NCBI GenBank assembly: GCA_028122735.1
Contig: JAOHSR010000004.1
Span: 175-64,174 of the forward strand
Direction of reading: 5' to 3'
DNA length: 64,000 bases
Origin: Flavobacteriales bacterium
GTDB lineage: Bacteria > Bacteroidota > Bacteroidia > Flavobacteriales > BACL11
Shown here piece after piece: positions 38,078 to 47,962 of this stretch. Under the pieces are notes generated by a model. The model was not told the DNA's origin. It did not search any database and was given only the letters and a program-made list of their open reading frames with translations. The position numbers and the translations under genes were made by a program. Position 1 is the stretch's first letter. Every line of letters begins with the position of its first letter.

Positions 38078-39315
38078 GCTACTTTTAGTTTATTTAAAAC
38101 TAATTTGTTTAGTTTTTTATTAACGTAGCTTGAAGAGATAACTAATTCTTTTTTACTTTTTTGAGATGGGATATCGTACATAGCATCAAGCATAACGCTC
38201 TCACATATTGAGCGAAGACCTCTTGCGCCAAGATCAAAATTCAAAGCTTTTTCAACTATTAATTCAATAGCTTTATTTTCAAAAATTAGCTTTACACCAT
38301 CAATTTCAAACAACTTAATGTATTGTTTTGTAATAGCATTTTTAGGCTCGGTTAAGATAAGTTTTAAAGCTTTTTTATCTAAAGGCTTTAAATAAGTTAC
38401 TATTGGCATTCTTCCAATTAACTCTGGAATTAAACCAAAGTTTTTTAAATCTTGAGGAGAAATATATTCTAATAAGTTATTCTTATCAAACTCATTTTCC
38501 TCATCTGTCTTAAATCCAATTGAACGAGTATTTAATCTTGCACCGATATGTTGATCTATACCATCAAAAGCACCACCACTAATAAATAATATATTTTTAG
38601 TGTCAAGCGCTATCATCTTTTGATCAGGATGTTTTCGTCCTCCTTGAGGAGGAACATTAACAACTGTCCCCTCTAAAAGTTTAAGCATTGCTTGTTGTAC
38701 TCCCTCACCACTAACATCTCTTGTTATTGATGGATTATCTTTTTTTCTAGCTATTTTGTCAATCTCATCAATAAAAACAATTCCAATTTTTGCTTTTTCA
38801 ACATCATAATCAGCAGCTTGTAAAAGACGAGAAAGTATACTTTCTACATCTTCCCCTACATAACCCGCTTCTGTTAAAACTGTTGCATCAGCAATACAAA
38901 AAGGAACGTTTAAAAGTTTTGCTATAGATTTTGCAAGCAAAGTTTTTCCAGTACCAGTTTTGCCAACCATGATAATATTTGATTTTTCAATTTCAATGTC
39001 ATCATCAGTAATGTCAATTTGAGAGATTCTCTTGTAATGATTATAAACTGCAACTGACATTACTTTTTTGGCAAAATCTTGACCAATTACATAATCGTCT
39101 AAATGCCCTTTTATTTCCACAGGCTTTAATAACTTAAACTGATTAGAGTTAGAATCTTTATTTGAAGATAATGATTTGGAATCTTGTTCTACAATCTGGA
39201 ATGCTTGCTCAATACAAGCATTGCAAATATGTGCATTTGCACCTGCAATAAGAACTTCTGTATCTTGCTTATTTCTACCACAAAAGGAGCATGTGATATG
39301 AATATTTTCAGACAT
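38074..39315 (-). CDS. clpX: ATP-dependent Clp protease ATP-binding subunit ClpX
   Basis: N-terminal zinc ribbon CSFCGR...CNACI, Walker [12 protein letters not shown], and [10 protein letters not shown]. Confidence 0.97.
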   Translation of the reverse strand: MSENIHITCSFCGRNKQDTEVLIAGANAHICNACIEQAFQIVEQDSKSLSSNKDSNSNQFKLLKPVEIKGHLDDYVIGQDFAKKVMSVAVYNHYKRISQIDITDDDIEIEKSNIIMVGKTGTGKTLLAKSIAKLLNVPFCIADATVLTEAGYVGEDVESILSRLLQAADYDVEKAKIGIVFIDEIDKIARKKDNPSITRDVSGEGVQQAMLKLLEGTVVNVPPQGGRKHPDQKMIALDTKNILFISGGAFDGIDQHIGARLNTRSIGFKTDEENEFDKNNLLEYISPQDLKNFGLIPELIGRMPIVTYLKPLDKKALKLILTEPKNAITKQYIKLFEIDGVKLIFENKAIELIVEKALNFDLGARGLRSICESVMLDAMYDIPSQKSKKELVISSSYVNKKLNKLVLNKLKVA

Positions 39316-39987
39316 TTATTTCTTTTTTAAAACTTCATCAATCATACCGTATTCCTTAGCTTCTGTAGATGTCATCCAAAAATCTCTATCACTATCTTTC
39401 CAAACATCATCAAAAGATTTTCCAGTGTGCTCAGAAATTATTGTGTATAATTCGTTCTTTAATTTCTTGATTTCATTAGCAGTTATTTCGATATCAGATG
39501 CTTGACCATGAGCACCACCAAGAGGTTGATGAATCATTATTCTTGAATGCTTTAAAGCTGTTCTTTTGCCTTTAGCACCTGCACACAATAATACTGCTCC
39601 CATAGATGCAGCCATTCCTGTACAAATTGTAGAAACATCAGGATTTATATACTGCATGGTATCATAAATACCTAGTCCAGCATACACACCACCTCCAGGA
39701 GAATTAAGATAAATCAAAATATCTTTTTTTGCATCTACTGATTCCAAGAATAACAACTGAGCTTGAATAATATTTGCCACATAATCATTAATTGGGACAC
39801 CAAGAAATATAATTCTATCCATCATTAGTCTAGAAAACACATCCATACTTGCAACATTCATTTGTCTTTCTTCAATAATTGTAGGTGAAATATAATTTCC
39901 ATGTATTGAAGCAAATTGATCTAAATGCATGCTGCTGATGCCTTTGTGTTTAGTGGCGAATTTTTTGAATTCTTGTCCGTAATCCAT
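39316..39987 (-). CDS. clpP: ATP-dependent Clp protease proteolytic subunit
   Basis: Catalytic blocks [11 protein letters not shown] (Ser) and IMIHQPLGG (His). Directly upstream of clpX. Confidence 0.97.
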   Translation of the reverse strand: MDYGQEFKKFATKHKGISSMHLDQFASIHGNYISPTIIEERQMNVASMDVFSRLMMDRIIFLGVPINDYVANIIQAQLLFLESVDAKKDILIYLNSPGGGVYAGLGIYDTMQYINPDVSTICTGMAASMGAVLLCAGAKGKRTALKHSRIMIHQPLGGAHGQASDIEITANEIKKLKNELYTIISEHTGKSFDDVWKDSDRDFWMTSTEAKEYGMIDEVLKKK

Positions 39988-39993
39988 ATTTAT

Positions 39994-41346
39994 TTATTTT
40001 TCTGTTGCTAATTTAACAAAATCATCATAAGAAATTGATTTTTCAATAAGTTTGAATATTTCCTTATAGACAACTAATGTTTTTTCATCAAATAATTGAT
40101 TGGAAATTTTCTTTCTTTCATCTTCATTTTTTAAAATATTTTCTGAAATATCTAAAATTTGTTTTTCATCAGCTGAGGCTTGACCATATTGTTGCATCTG
40201 TTTTTGCACTAACGATTTTGTAAAATCAAGAAGGTCATCATTATTAATTTCCACCTTATTATCTTCAAGAACTTTATTTTCAATTAGCTGCCATTTTAAA
40301 CTTTTAGAATACTGAGGATAGTCAACTTTCACCTGATCCATAGTTATTGGTTTTTCAGAACTTTTGACTAACCATTTCATTAAAAACTCATCAGGCAAGT
40401 CCAATTTTATTTTATCAACTAAATATAATACCACATCATTTTTAAGCATTCTATCACTCTCAACTACAAATGACTTCTCTGCCTCTTCAGTAATTTTTTG
40501 CTTAAACTCTTTCACAGTACTAATATTACCTTCGGTGTACACCTTATCAAATAATTCCTTATTTAAGTCTGCAGGAGCAAGTCTATTAATCCTCTTTACT
40601 TTAAATTCAAAATTATCTAGCGATAGATTAAGTAATTGGGTTTGTTCTATTTTTAGCATTGCAGCTAAATCAGTGTGATTTTTAAAAACATCTAATACTT
40701 TTAATTCTAATTTATCTTCAGCTTTAAGGCCAATAAATTTTTTCTGATATTTTTTTTCTTTAATAGTATCTATTGAAACTGTTGCTTCATTAGATATTCC
40801 ATTAGTCATTACTTCACCATTTGCATCAAGCTGTGATATAGCACAATATATTAAATCGCCATCTTTAGATTCTGAAGGATTACTCATTTTCCCATATCGT
40901 TTTGCGATATCGTTACAGTAATTATCAACTAACTTTTTATCTGCTTTTATATTATAATAATTTAATTTGTCTTTTTTTGACACCGTAACATCAAAATCAG
41001 GTGCCATACCAATTTCATATTCAAATTTATAATCTGTATTATTTACCCAATCAATCTCATTTTCCAGTAATGGTAATGGGCTTCCAAGAACTCGTATTTT
41101 ATTATCAGTTATGTGCTTGTATAAATTATCTTGTAATAGCTTATTTACCTCATCAACTACAATAGAATTTTTATACTGCTTTTCGATTATTGACATTGGA
41201 GTTTTTCCTTTTCTAAATCCAGGAACAACAGCATCTTTTCTATATTTTTTTAAAATATCTGATACCTTATTAAGGTAATCGCTCTCATTAACCTCTACAG
41301 TTAATTTAGCTACCATTTTTTTTGTTTTACTTTGAGTGATTTTCAT
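39994..41346 (-). CDS. tig: trigger factor
   Basis: 450 aa with an N-terminal ribosome-binding region ...VPGFRKGKTP. Canonical tig-clpP-clpX order. Confidence 0.92.
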   Translation of the reverse strand: MKITQSKTKKMVAKLTVEVNESDYLNKVSDILKKYRKDAVVPGFRKGKTPMSIIEKQYKNSIVVDEVNKLLQDNLYKHITDNKIRVLGSPLPLLENEIDWVNNTDYKFEYEIGMAPDFDVTVSKKDKLNYYNIKADKKLVDNYCNDIAKRYGKMSNPSESKDGDLIYCAISQLDANGEVMTNGISNEATVSIDTIKEKKYQKKFIGLKAEDKLELKVLDVFKNHTDLAAMLKIEQTQLLNLSLDNFEFKVKRINRLAPADLNKELFDKVYTEGNISTVKEFKQKITEEAEKSFVVESDRMLKNDVVLYLVDKIKLDLPDEFLMKWLVKSSEKPITMDQVKVDYPQYSKSLKWQLIENKVLEDNKVEINNDDLLDFTKSLVQKQMQQYGQASADEKQILDISENILKNEDERKKISNQLFDEKTLVVYKEIFKLIEKSISYDDFVKLATEK

Positions 41347-41423
41347 CTTAAATATAATTATTAGGTCGGCAAAAATACACTTATTTATCTTATTCTTAAA
41401 GATAAATATCTGATTATAAAGTG

Positions 41424-41454
41424 AAAAACCTCAACTGTAGAGTTGAGGTTTTTT
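41424..41454. terminator. rho-independent terminator hairpin (works on both strands)
   Basis: aaaaa + 8-bp stem cctcaact/agttgagg with loop gtag + tttttt. Lies between tRNA-Leu(UAG) and tig. Confidence 0.6.
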
Positions 41455-41455
41455 G

Positions 41456-41537
41456 TGCGGGTAAAGGGAGTCGAACCCCCACGCCTTGCGGCACTAGATC
41501 CTAAGTCTAGCGCGTCTACCAATTCCGCCATACCCGC
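41456..41537 (-). tRNA. tRNA-Leu (anticodon UAG)
   Basis: The reverse complement is GCGGGTATGGCGGAATTGGTAGACGCGCTAGACTTAGGATCTAGTGCCGCAAGGCGTGGGGGTTCGACTCCCTTTACCCGCA. Acceptor stem GCGGGTA/TACCCGC, anticodon loop CT-TAG-GA, long variable arm. Confidence 0.9.
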
Positions 41538-41644
41538 TAAAGGGCCACAAATATATTATTTTTTAACATTTTATCATAAATGCTTAATCTAAAGATTTTT
41601 ATTTCAGTTTTTAATTAATTTTGTTTGAGAAAAAAAATAATAAT

Positions 41645-42004
41645 ATGAGCTTAACAATAAAAGGAAAATTAAGTAGAAAATTAAGTGTTGAAAGTGGAAC
41701 TTCAAAAGCAGGAAAGGAATGGAAAAAACAATCATTTGTAGTTGATACAGGAGCACAATATAATCCCGAAGTATGCTTTCAACTATTTGGAGAGGACAAA
41801 ATTCAGATGCTATCACATCATAATGAAGGAGATCAAGTAGAGGTTTCATTTAATCTATCCTCTAATGAATATAACGGAAAATATTACAGTAATATTGATG
41901 CATGGAGGATTGAGAGTTTAGGAGGTGGAGCGCAGAATACAACAGAGCCAGATATTCCATCATTTGATGATAGTGAAAATTCAGATGATGATCTTCCATT
42001 CTAA
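41645..42004 (+). CDS. DUF3127-family OB-fold-like protein with an SSB-like acidic C-terminal tail
   Basis: Trimmed to the ATG at 41645. MSLTIKGKL..ESGTSKAGKEWKKQSFVVDT...EVCFQLFGDK...VEVSFNLSSNEYNGKYYSNIDAWRIE fits DUF3127. The tail ends ...SENSDDDLPF. Confidence 0.75.
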   Translation: MSLTIKGKLSRKLSVESGTSKAGKEWKKQSFVVDTGAQYNPEVCFQLFGEDKIQMLSHHNEGDQVEVSFNLSSNEYNGKYYSNIDAWRIESLGGGAQNTTEPDIPSFDDSENSDDDLPF

Positions 42005-42006
42005 AA

Positions 42007-43350
42007 GTGTTATTTTCAGATAAAATTGGTGAAATTTTAAAAAAAGCTTTACCAGCTCCTTTTACAATTGCGGTAATCCTCACTTTTTTAACAATTTTAA
42101 TTGCCTTTTTTATTAGTGCTGACAGTTATAATTCTAAAAACTTTTTTGAAATACTCTCATTTTGGGAAAAAGGTCTTTGGGATAATAACCTAATGGTTTT
42201 TGCACTACAGATGATGTTAATGCTGGTTCTAGGTCATAGTTTAGCCCTATCAGAACCTATTAGTAAAATCATTAGTAATATCACGATCTACTGTAACAAT
42301 ACAGCAAATGCAGCTGCAATTGTCACATTCACAACATTATTAGTTGCTTTTTTTAATTGGGGGTTAGGCTTAATTTTTGGAGCAATTTTTGCAAGAAAAG
42401 TAGGTGAACATGCTACAAAAAATAATATACCTTTAAATTATCCATTAATTGGAGCAGCTGGATACTCAGGATTAATGATCTGGCATGGCGGAATTTCTGG
42501 ATCTGCCCCAATAAAAATAGCGGAACAAGGCCATTTTCTTGCAGAAAAAATTGGAACTATCTCACAAGCAGAAACTATTTTTTCTACAATGAATATAACA
42601 ATATCAATAAGCTTACTTTTATTGTTACCAATGTTTATGTTCTTTTTAGGTAAGAAAACTAAATCTGAATTAATTAATATAATTGAAATAGAAAAAGTAA
42701 AAAAAATCAACTTAGATGGAGCAGAAAAAATAGATCACTCTAATTTTATAGCTTATATTTTTGGAGGAGTTATTATTATCTATTGTTTTTATAAGGCAAT
42801 TTTATTTCCAGATAAAATTACATTAAACTTTATTACTCCAAATTTCATTAATTTATCTCTTCTTGGACTTTGTATTATTTTACACAAGAATTTTTTTCAA
42901 TTTATAAAATCGGTAGATAGTGCAATTAAAGGAGCTTCTGGAATTTTAATTCAATTCCCATTATATTTTGGGATAATGGGAATCATGAAAGATACTGGTA
43001 TGATTGAATTAATGTCTGATTTATTTATTTCTATCTCAAATGAAAACACATTTCCTATCTTGACTTTTTTTAGTGCAGGATTAGTAAATATCTTTGTTCC
43101 AAGTGGTGGTGGTCAATGGGCAATACAAGGCCCTGTAATTGTAGAAGCAGCAATGAAACTTGGAGTTTCAATACCAAAATCAGTAATGTCTCTTGCTTAT
43201 GGTGATCAAATAACAAATATGCTACAGCCTTTTTGGGCTCTACCATTACTAGGTATTACTGGCTTAAAAGCAAAAGAGATTTTACCCTACACATTACTAT
43301 TAATGCTTTTGGGAGGAATGATTTTTATTACTGGACTTCTAATCTTTTAA
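42007..43350 (+). CDS. short-chain fatty acid transporter-like (AtoE family) membrane protein
   Basis: GTG start. The N-terminus ...LKKALPAPFTIAVILTFLT and polytopic layout resemble AtoE/TIGR00366 proteins. Assignment from memory of the family pattern. Confidence 0.65.
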   Translation: MLFSDKIGEILKKALPAPFTIAVILTFLTILIAFFISADSYNSKNFFEILSFWEKGLWDNNLMVFALQMMLMLVLGHSLALSEPISKIISNITIYCNNTANAAAIVTFTTLLVAFFNWGLGLIFGAIFARKVGEHATKNNIPLNYPLIGAAGYSGLMIWHGGISGSAPIKIAEQGHFLAEKIGTISQAETIFSTMNITISISLLLLLPMFMFFLGKKTKSELINIIEIEKVKKINLDGAEKIDHSNFIAYIFGGVIIIYCFYKAILFPDKITLNFITPNFINLSLLGLCIILHKNFFQFIKSVDSAIKGASGILIQFPLYFGIMGIMKDTGMIELMSDLFISISNENTFPILTFFSAGLVNIFVPSGGGQWAIQGPVIVEAAMKLGVSIPKSVMSLAYGDQITNMLQPFWALPLLGITGLKAKEILPYTLLLMLLGGMIFITGLLIF

Positions 43351-44399
43351 TTTCTTACATCAAAAGCATCTCTTAATCCATTTCCTAAAACCATAAATGA
43401 TAGTACAAGGATCATAATTGCTGTTCCGGGAACTATGGCTAAATATGCCTTATCCATTATAATATAAGAATAATGATCTTTAATTATACTTCCCCAAGAG
43501 GGTATTGGTGGTTGAGCTCCTATTCCGAGAAAAGATAAACCGGCTTCAATTAATATAGCTGCCGCAAAATTAGCTGCTGATATAACTATTACAGGTCCAA
43601 TTACATTAGGTAAAATATGTTTAGTGATTATACGATATGGGGAATATGCCAAAACCTTACTTGCTTCTATATATTCTAATTCTCTAATTGCTATTACCTG
43701 CCCTCTAATTATTCTTGCAACCTCTACCCACATGGTTAATCCAACGGCTACAAATACCTGCCAAAACCCTTTACCCAAGGCCAATGTAATAGCAATAACC
43801 ATTAAAAGTGTTGGGATAGACCATATAACATTTACAAACCACATAATTATATCATCAATTATTCCTCTATAAAAACCTGAAATGAGACCTAAAGTTATTC
43901 CAATAATTAATGAAATAATTACTGCTATAATACCAACAGACATAGAAACTCTAACACCATAAATAATTCTACTTAATAAATCTCTTCCAAACCTATCAGT
44001 GCCTAGCCAGAAAGTCTGATTTTTAATAAAATAAGATCCTGTATATTTTACTTTCTCATTTGTAGATAGTAAAATATAATTTACTCCGCCTGTAAATTCA
44101 TCATAATCAACTATTGGTGTTTTTATGACATCCATTTTTTTGCCTTTAAAGAAATACGTAAAAAAACTTTGCTTAATAACATTATTTTTTGGTGTAACTA
44201 AAAATTGGGTTTCTGAAAACGGAGGAAGAGTTGCTAGTTCAAGATACATTTGATTAGCATATGGTGTTTTATCGGGTATAAACAGGTATGAACAGAAGCT
44301 AGTAAAAAAACAAAGAACAATTACAAACAAAGATAATAGAGATGATCTATTTGAAAGTAATTTCCTGAAAGCAAGATAATTTAAAGATTCGTTTTTCAT
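43347..44399 (-). CDS. ABC transporter permease, OppC/DppC-like (orphan)
   Basis: N-terminal TM plus a ~100-aa external loop, then a BPD_transp_1 core with the EAA-like loop EYIEASKVLAYSPYRIITKHILPN. No ATPase or binding-protein gene nearby. Confidence 0.8.
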   Translation of the reverse strand: MKNESLNYLAFRKLLSNRSSLLSLFVIVLCFFTSFCSYLFIPDKTPYANQMYLELATLPPFSETQFLVTPKNNVIKQSFFTYFFKGKKMDVIKTPIVDYDEFTGGVNYILLSTNEKVKYTGSYFIKNQTFWLGTDRFGRDLLSRIIYGVRVSMSVGIIAVIISLIIGITLGLISGFYRGIIDDIIMWFVNVIWSIPTLLMVIAITLALGKGFWQVFVAVGLTMWVEVARIIRGQVIAIRELEYIEASKVLAYSPYRIITKHILPNVIGPVIVISAANFAAAILIEAGLSFLGIGAQPPIPSWGSIIKDHYSYIIMDKAYLAIVPGTAIMILVLSFMVLGNGLRDAFDVRN

Positions 44400-45511
44400 T
44401 TTTTTTGTATTCTTCCTTTCCAGTTAAATGAAAATAAATTAGAAAGCACTGTAATCAAAGTTATGTAAAATGGATAAATAATTTGAAGTGGAAAAATCAA
44501 TTTAATTAAATCATTTTTTTTAAAAAAACCCAAAATAGGTTTAAGAAATATATAATCACAAAATAATTTGAGAAGAAAAAACAAAATAAAATATTTAAAA
44601 TAAAAAAAACTAAAAGGAGATAATAATAATAGCATGACTAATGAAAAATTAACTAGAAATACTAGAATTGCAACTATAATAGAGTCAAAATCTTTATAGG
44701 AATTTGATTTTGATGCCCAGCGTATTCTTTGATTAATAAAATCTTTAACATTAGATAGAGGCGAAGTATAAACAATAGATTCAAAACTCTTTAGAAAAAG
44801 TGTAGATCCATTATACTTATTTTTAATCTTGTGTAAAAGAAAGACATCATCGCCAGAAAAAACATTATTATTTTTATAATCATTTACTTCAAGAAAAACA
44901 TTTCTCCTGTATGCCATATTAGCAGCATTACAGAATATAGGTTTATTCAATCCGACACAAGCAGCTCCAGAACCAACTAAAGATAAAAACTCTAAGCTTT
45001 GCATCTTAGCAAATATAGTATCCTCTAAATGATAAGCAACAGGTCCAGAAATTAAGTTTACATCAATATTTGAAAACTTATTTACCATATTTGAAATCCA
45101 GCTATTTGAAAATTTACAATCAGCATCAGTTGTTAAAATAATATCACTACTTGATAGTTTTACTCCCTTTAAAATTGCTTGTTTTTTTCCAATAACACCT
45201 TTCTCTAAAGATGATATTTTTAAATTACTACATTCTATTTTTTCATTTTTTAAAATTTCTAAAGTATTATCTATTGAATGGTCATCAATAATTATAATAT
45301 CAAAAAGCGAAGCGTTATAATCTTGAGATTTTAAGTTTTTAACTAAACTATTAATATTTTCTTCTTCGTTCCTTACAGCTACTACTATACTAACAGTTAA
45401 ATTTTTAGATCCAACTTCTAAATTAAATGGCTCAATTTTTTTCCAACCGCAATAAAAAGATATAATCATCCCAACATAAAAGAAAAACAACAGTTGGATA
45501 AATATCATCAT
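44396..45511 (-). CDS. family 2 glycosyltransferase (membrane-anchored)
   Basis: VSIVVAVRNEEENI, DDHSIDNT, TDADC (DxD) and QRIRWA-like block, with a C-terminal TM bundle. 4-nt overlaps on both sides. Confidence 0.8.
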   Translation of the reverse strand: MMIFIQLLFFFYVGMIISFYCGWKKIEPFNLEVGSKNLTVSIVVAVRNEEENINSLVKNLKSQDYNASLFDIIIIDDHSIDNTLEILKNEKIECSNLKISSLEKGVIGKKQAILKGVKLSSSDIILTTDADCKFSNSWISNMVNKFSNIDVNLISGPVAYHLEDTIFAKMQSLEFLSLVGSGAACVGLNKPIFCNAANMAYRRNVFLEVNDYKNNNVFSGDDVFLLHKIKNKYNGSTLFLKSFESIVYTSPLSNVKDFINQRIRWASKSNSYKDFDSIIVAILVFLVNFSLVMLLLLSPFSFFYFKYFILFFLLKLFCDYIFLKPILGFFKKNDLIKLIFPLQIIYPFYITLITVLSNLFSFNWKGRIQKK

Positions 45512-46479
45512 GATTTCCTAAAAAAATTAAGACTAAAAATAAAAAAAGAACCAATAATAGCAGGAATAATTAAATTGATTATCCAAAGAAGAAAAGTAGA
45601 AGATAAAATTCCAATTATATTAGTTGAAAATTTCAACAATACTAGTAAAGCCATTGAACCTCTTACGCCTATTTCTGCAATTGTTATTGTAGGTGTTAAT
45701 GTAATAAAAAAGAAAATTAACATAATAGATAATATAGCGTCGAATAATGAAATATCTACATTAAAAACATAAAGTAATATTAAAAACTGAATAGAAAAAA
45801 CTAGGTATCTTAAAACTGAAAATAAAAATGTAACTAATAAATCTCTAATATTAAATAAAGAGATGATATTAATGTATTTTCTTAAAAAATTAAAAAAACT
45901 AAATTTCAATAAAAACTTAATTAAAGAAGCAACATTAAAATATGCTAAAACAAATAAAATATTAAACGTAAAAAGAACAAGTAAAGAAAAGCTAGAAATC
46001 TCAATCATAAAATATTGATCATCTAAAAATTGCTCATGTAAAATAAAAAAAGCAAATGATCCAAAAATTATTGTGGTTAATAGCTGAGCCATACTACACA
46101 AAATTGTAATAAAAATCGCTTGAATTCTATCGCTTTTTTCCAAACAAAAAACTCTACCACCATACTCTCCGATTCTATTTGGAGTAAATGAAGAGACAGT
46201 TATGCCAGAAAAAATTGCTCTTAACGATGTGAAAAAAGAAATTGCTTCAATCTTACGAATCATAAACTTCCATTTTAATGATTCTAACATCCAGTTTATA
46301 AACATCATTAAAACCACAATAAGTATTAAACTATAATTATTAATAATAGTAGCTAATAAAGATTCTAGAGATATACGACCAACATCATTATGATGAACTA
46401 ATTCACTATAAATAAAGTAAAATGAACAAAATACGATTACAATTTTAATTAAAATGCTAAGGTATTTTTTAAATGGCAT
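45508..46479 (-). CDS. flippase-like / LPG-synthase-TM (UPF0104) family membrane protein
   Basis: 323 aa with about 8 TM segments and the motif PNRIGEYGGR after TM3, as in UPF0104 proteins that commonly pair with GT2 genes. Confidence 0.6.
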   Translation of the reverse strand: MPFKKYLSILIKIVIVFCSFYFIYSELVHHNDVGRISLESLLATIINNYSLILIVVLMMFINWMLESLKWKFMIRKIEAISFFTSLRAIFSGITVSSFTPNRIGEYGGRVFCLEKSDRIQAIFITILCSMAQLLTTIIFGSFAFFILHEQFLDDQYFMIEISSFSLLVLFTFNILFVLAYFNVASLIKFLLKFSFFNFLRKYINIISLFNIRDLLVTFLFSVLRYLVFSIQFLILLYVFNVDISLFDAILSIMLIFFFITLTPTITIAEIGVRGSMALLVLLKFSTNIIGILSSTFLLWIINLIIPAIIGSFFIFSLNFFRKS

Positions 46480-47066
46480 TGATTAGATTTGTATACAATA
46501 ATACAAGAATCCAATTGATTAGCGAAAAAATAATATTAGGAATAGACCCAGGAACAACCATTATGGGATATGGGCTAATTATAGTAAAAGACAAGAAATT
46601 TGAGATGATGAATATGGGAGTACTTCATCTTTCAAAATTAGCATCTCATGAACTAAAATTAAAAAGAATATTTGAAAAAACACTTCAGTTAGTTGATGAA
46701 TATAAACCAGACGAACTTGCAATAGAAGCTCCTTTTTTTGGTAAAAATGTTCAATCAATGTTAAAATTAGGTAGAGCACAAGGAGTTGCTATGTCTGCCG
46801 CATTATATAGAGATATTCCTATTTTTGAGTATAGCCCAAAAAAAATAAAAATGGCAATAACTGGAAATGGTAATGCAAGTAAAGAACAAGTAGCCTCAAT
46901 GTTAAAATCGCTACTAAATTTAAAAGAACTACCAAAGCATTTAGACGCTACTGATGGCTTGGCCGCAGCTGTTTGTCATCATTTTCAGAAAGATAATTCT
47001 ACATCAACAAAAAGTTACACTGGATGGAAATCATTTATTACAGATAATCCAAAAAAAGTTAAATAG
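46473..47066 (+). CDS. ruvC: Holliday junction resolvase RuvC
   Basis: ILGIDPGTTIMGYGLI, ELAIEAPFFGKN and ATDGLAAAVCH catalytic blocks. The ATG at 46473 overlaps the divergent gene's start; a TTG at 46515 (LISEKIILGIDPG) is an equally plausible start. Confidence 0.88.
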   Translation: MALIRFVYNNTRIQLISEKIILGIDPGTTIMGYGLIIVKDKKFEMMNMGVLHLSKLASHELKLKRIFEKTLQLVDEYKPDELAIEAPFFGKNVQSMLKLGRAQGVAMSAALYRDIPIFEYSPKKIKMAITGNGNASKEQVASMLKSLLNLKELPKHLDATDGLAAAVCHHFQKDNSTSTKSYTGWKSFITDNPKKVK

Positions 47067-47451
47067 CAGTTTTAATATCATTAGCTATTTCCGTCATTTC
47101 TATATTAGAAAATACTTTTTTTGGCAAAGTAAAATTGATTTCATGTACATAATCAATTGGAATTAAATGAATGTGAGCATGAGGAACTTCTAAGCCAATA
47201 ACTACAATAGATATTCTCTCACATCTAATTACTTTCTTCATAGCTTTTGCTACTGTTTGAGCAAAAAACCATAATTCTTTGTATTCTTGAGAATTAATAT
47301 CAAAAATATAATCTATCTCTTTTTTGGGAATAACAAGAGTATGTCCTTTCTTTAATGGATTAATATCTAAAATTGCAAGATGATGTTTATCTTCGTGAAC
47401 TTTGAATGAAGGGATTTCATCATTTACTATTTTAGCAAATATTGACGACAT
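47059..47451 (-). CDS. HIT-family nucleotide hydrolase/transferase
   Basis: 130 aa with histidine triad PHAHIHLIP. Confidence 0.9.
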   Translation of the reverse strand: MSSIFAKIVNDEIPSFKVHEDKHHLAILDINPLKKGHTLVIPKKEIDYIFDINSQEYKELWFFAQTVAKAMKKVIRCERISIVVIGLEVPHAHIHLIPIDYVHEINFTLPKKVFSNIEMTEIANDIKTAI

Positions 47452-47453
47452 TG

Positions 47454-47927
47454 TTAAATACTAATATTTAGTATCTTAAATTTAATAATGCCATTTGGAA
47501 CTGATATATCAACAACATCATTTACCACTTTCCCCATTAAACCTTTACCTATTGGTGAGCTAGCAGATATTTTTTTTGCTGCAAAATCTGCTTCAGATTC
47601 AGAAACAATTGCATAGGTCATTTCTGTATTATTGGCAATATTTTTAATTGTTACTTTCGAAAGTAAGGATACTTTTGAATCATCTAATTTACTCTCATCA
47701 ATAATTCGAGAATTACTTAAGTCTATTTCAAGCTTAGAAATTCTTGCTTCCAACAAGCCTTGAGCTTCCTTGGCAGCATCATATTCGGCATTTTCAGAAA
47801 GATCTCCCTTATCTCTAGCTTCTGCTATTTGATTAATGATATGAGGTCTATCAATTGTTTTAAGTTTGTTAAGCTCATTTTTTAGGTCTTCATAACCTTT
47901 TTTTGAAAGATAAATTATATCACTCAT
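47454..47927 (-). CDS. greA: transcription elongation factor GreA
   Basis: 157 aa with an N-terminal coiled coil ...ARDKGDLSENAEYDAAKE and a C-terminal SSPIGKGLMGK block. Confidence 0.95.
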   Translation of the reverse strand: MSDIIYLSKKGYEDLKNELNKLKTIDRPHIINQIAEARDKGDLSENAEYDAAKEAQGLLEARISKLEIDLSNSRIIDESKLDDSKVSLLSKVTIKNIANNTEMTYAIVSESEADFAAKKISASSPIGKGLMGKVVNDVVDISVPNGIIKFKILNISI

Positions 47928-47962
47928 TTTAAAAAAAATAGGGTTAAACTGATTAATTAAAA

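Noticed and set aside
45494-45772. Other short antisense or overlapping ORFs (for example 45494-45772, 15210-15599, 52838-53149, 33923-34306, 40364-40678, 41604-41849).
   Set aside because: All lie inside or antisense to well-supported longer genes and lack motifs. They are expected by chance, since stop codons are depleted on the strand opposite a coding frame.
46473-46479. 7-nt overlap of divergent start codons (ruvC ATG at 46473 versus the UPF0104 ATG at 46479) as a regulatory peculiarity.
   Set aside because: This is most simply an annotation ambiguity. ruvC can start at the in-frame TTG at 46515, giving the usual M-x-x-x-K-I-I-L-G-I-D-P-G N-terminus.
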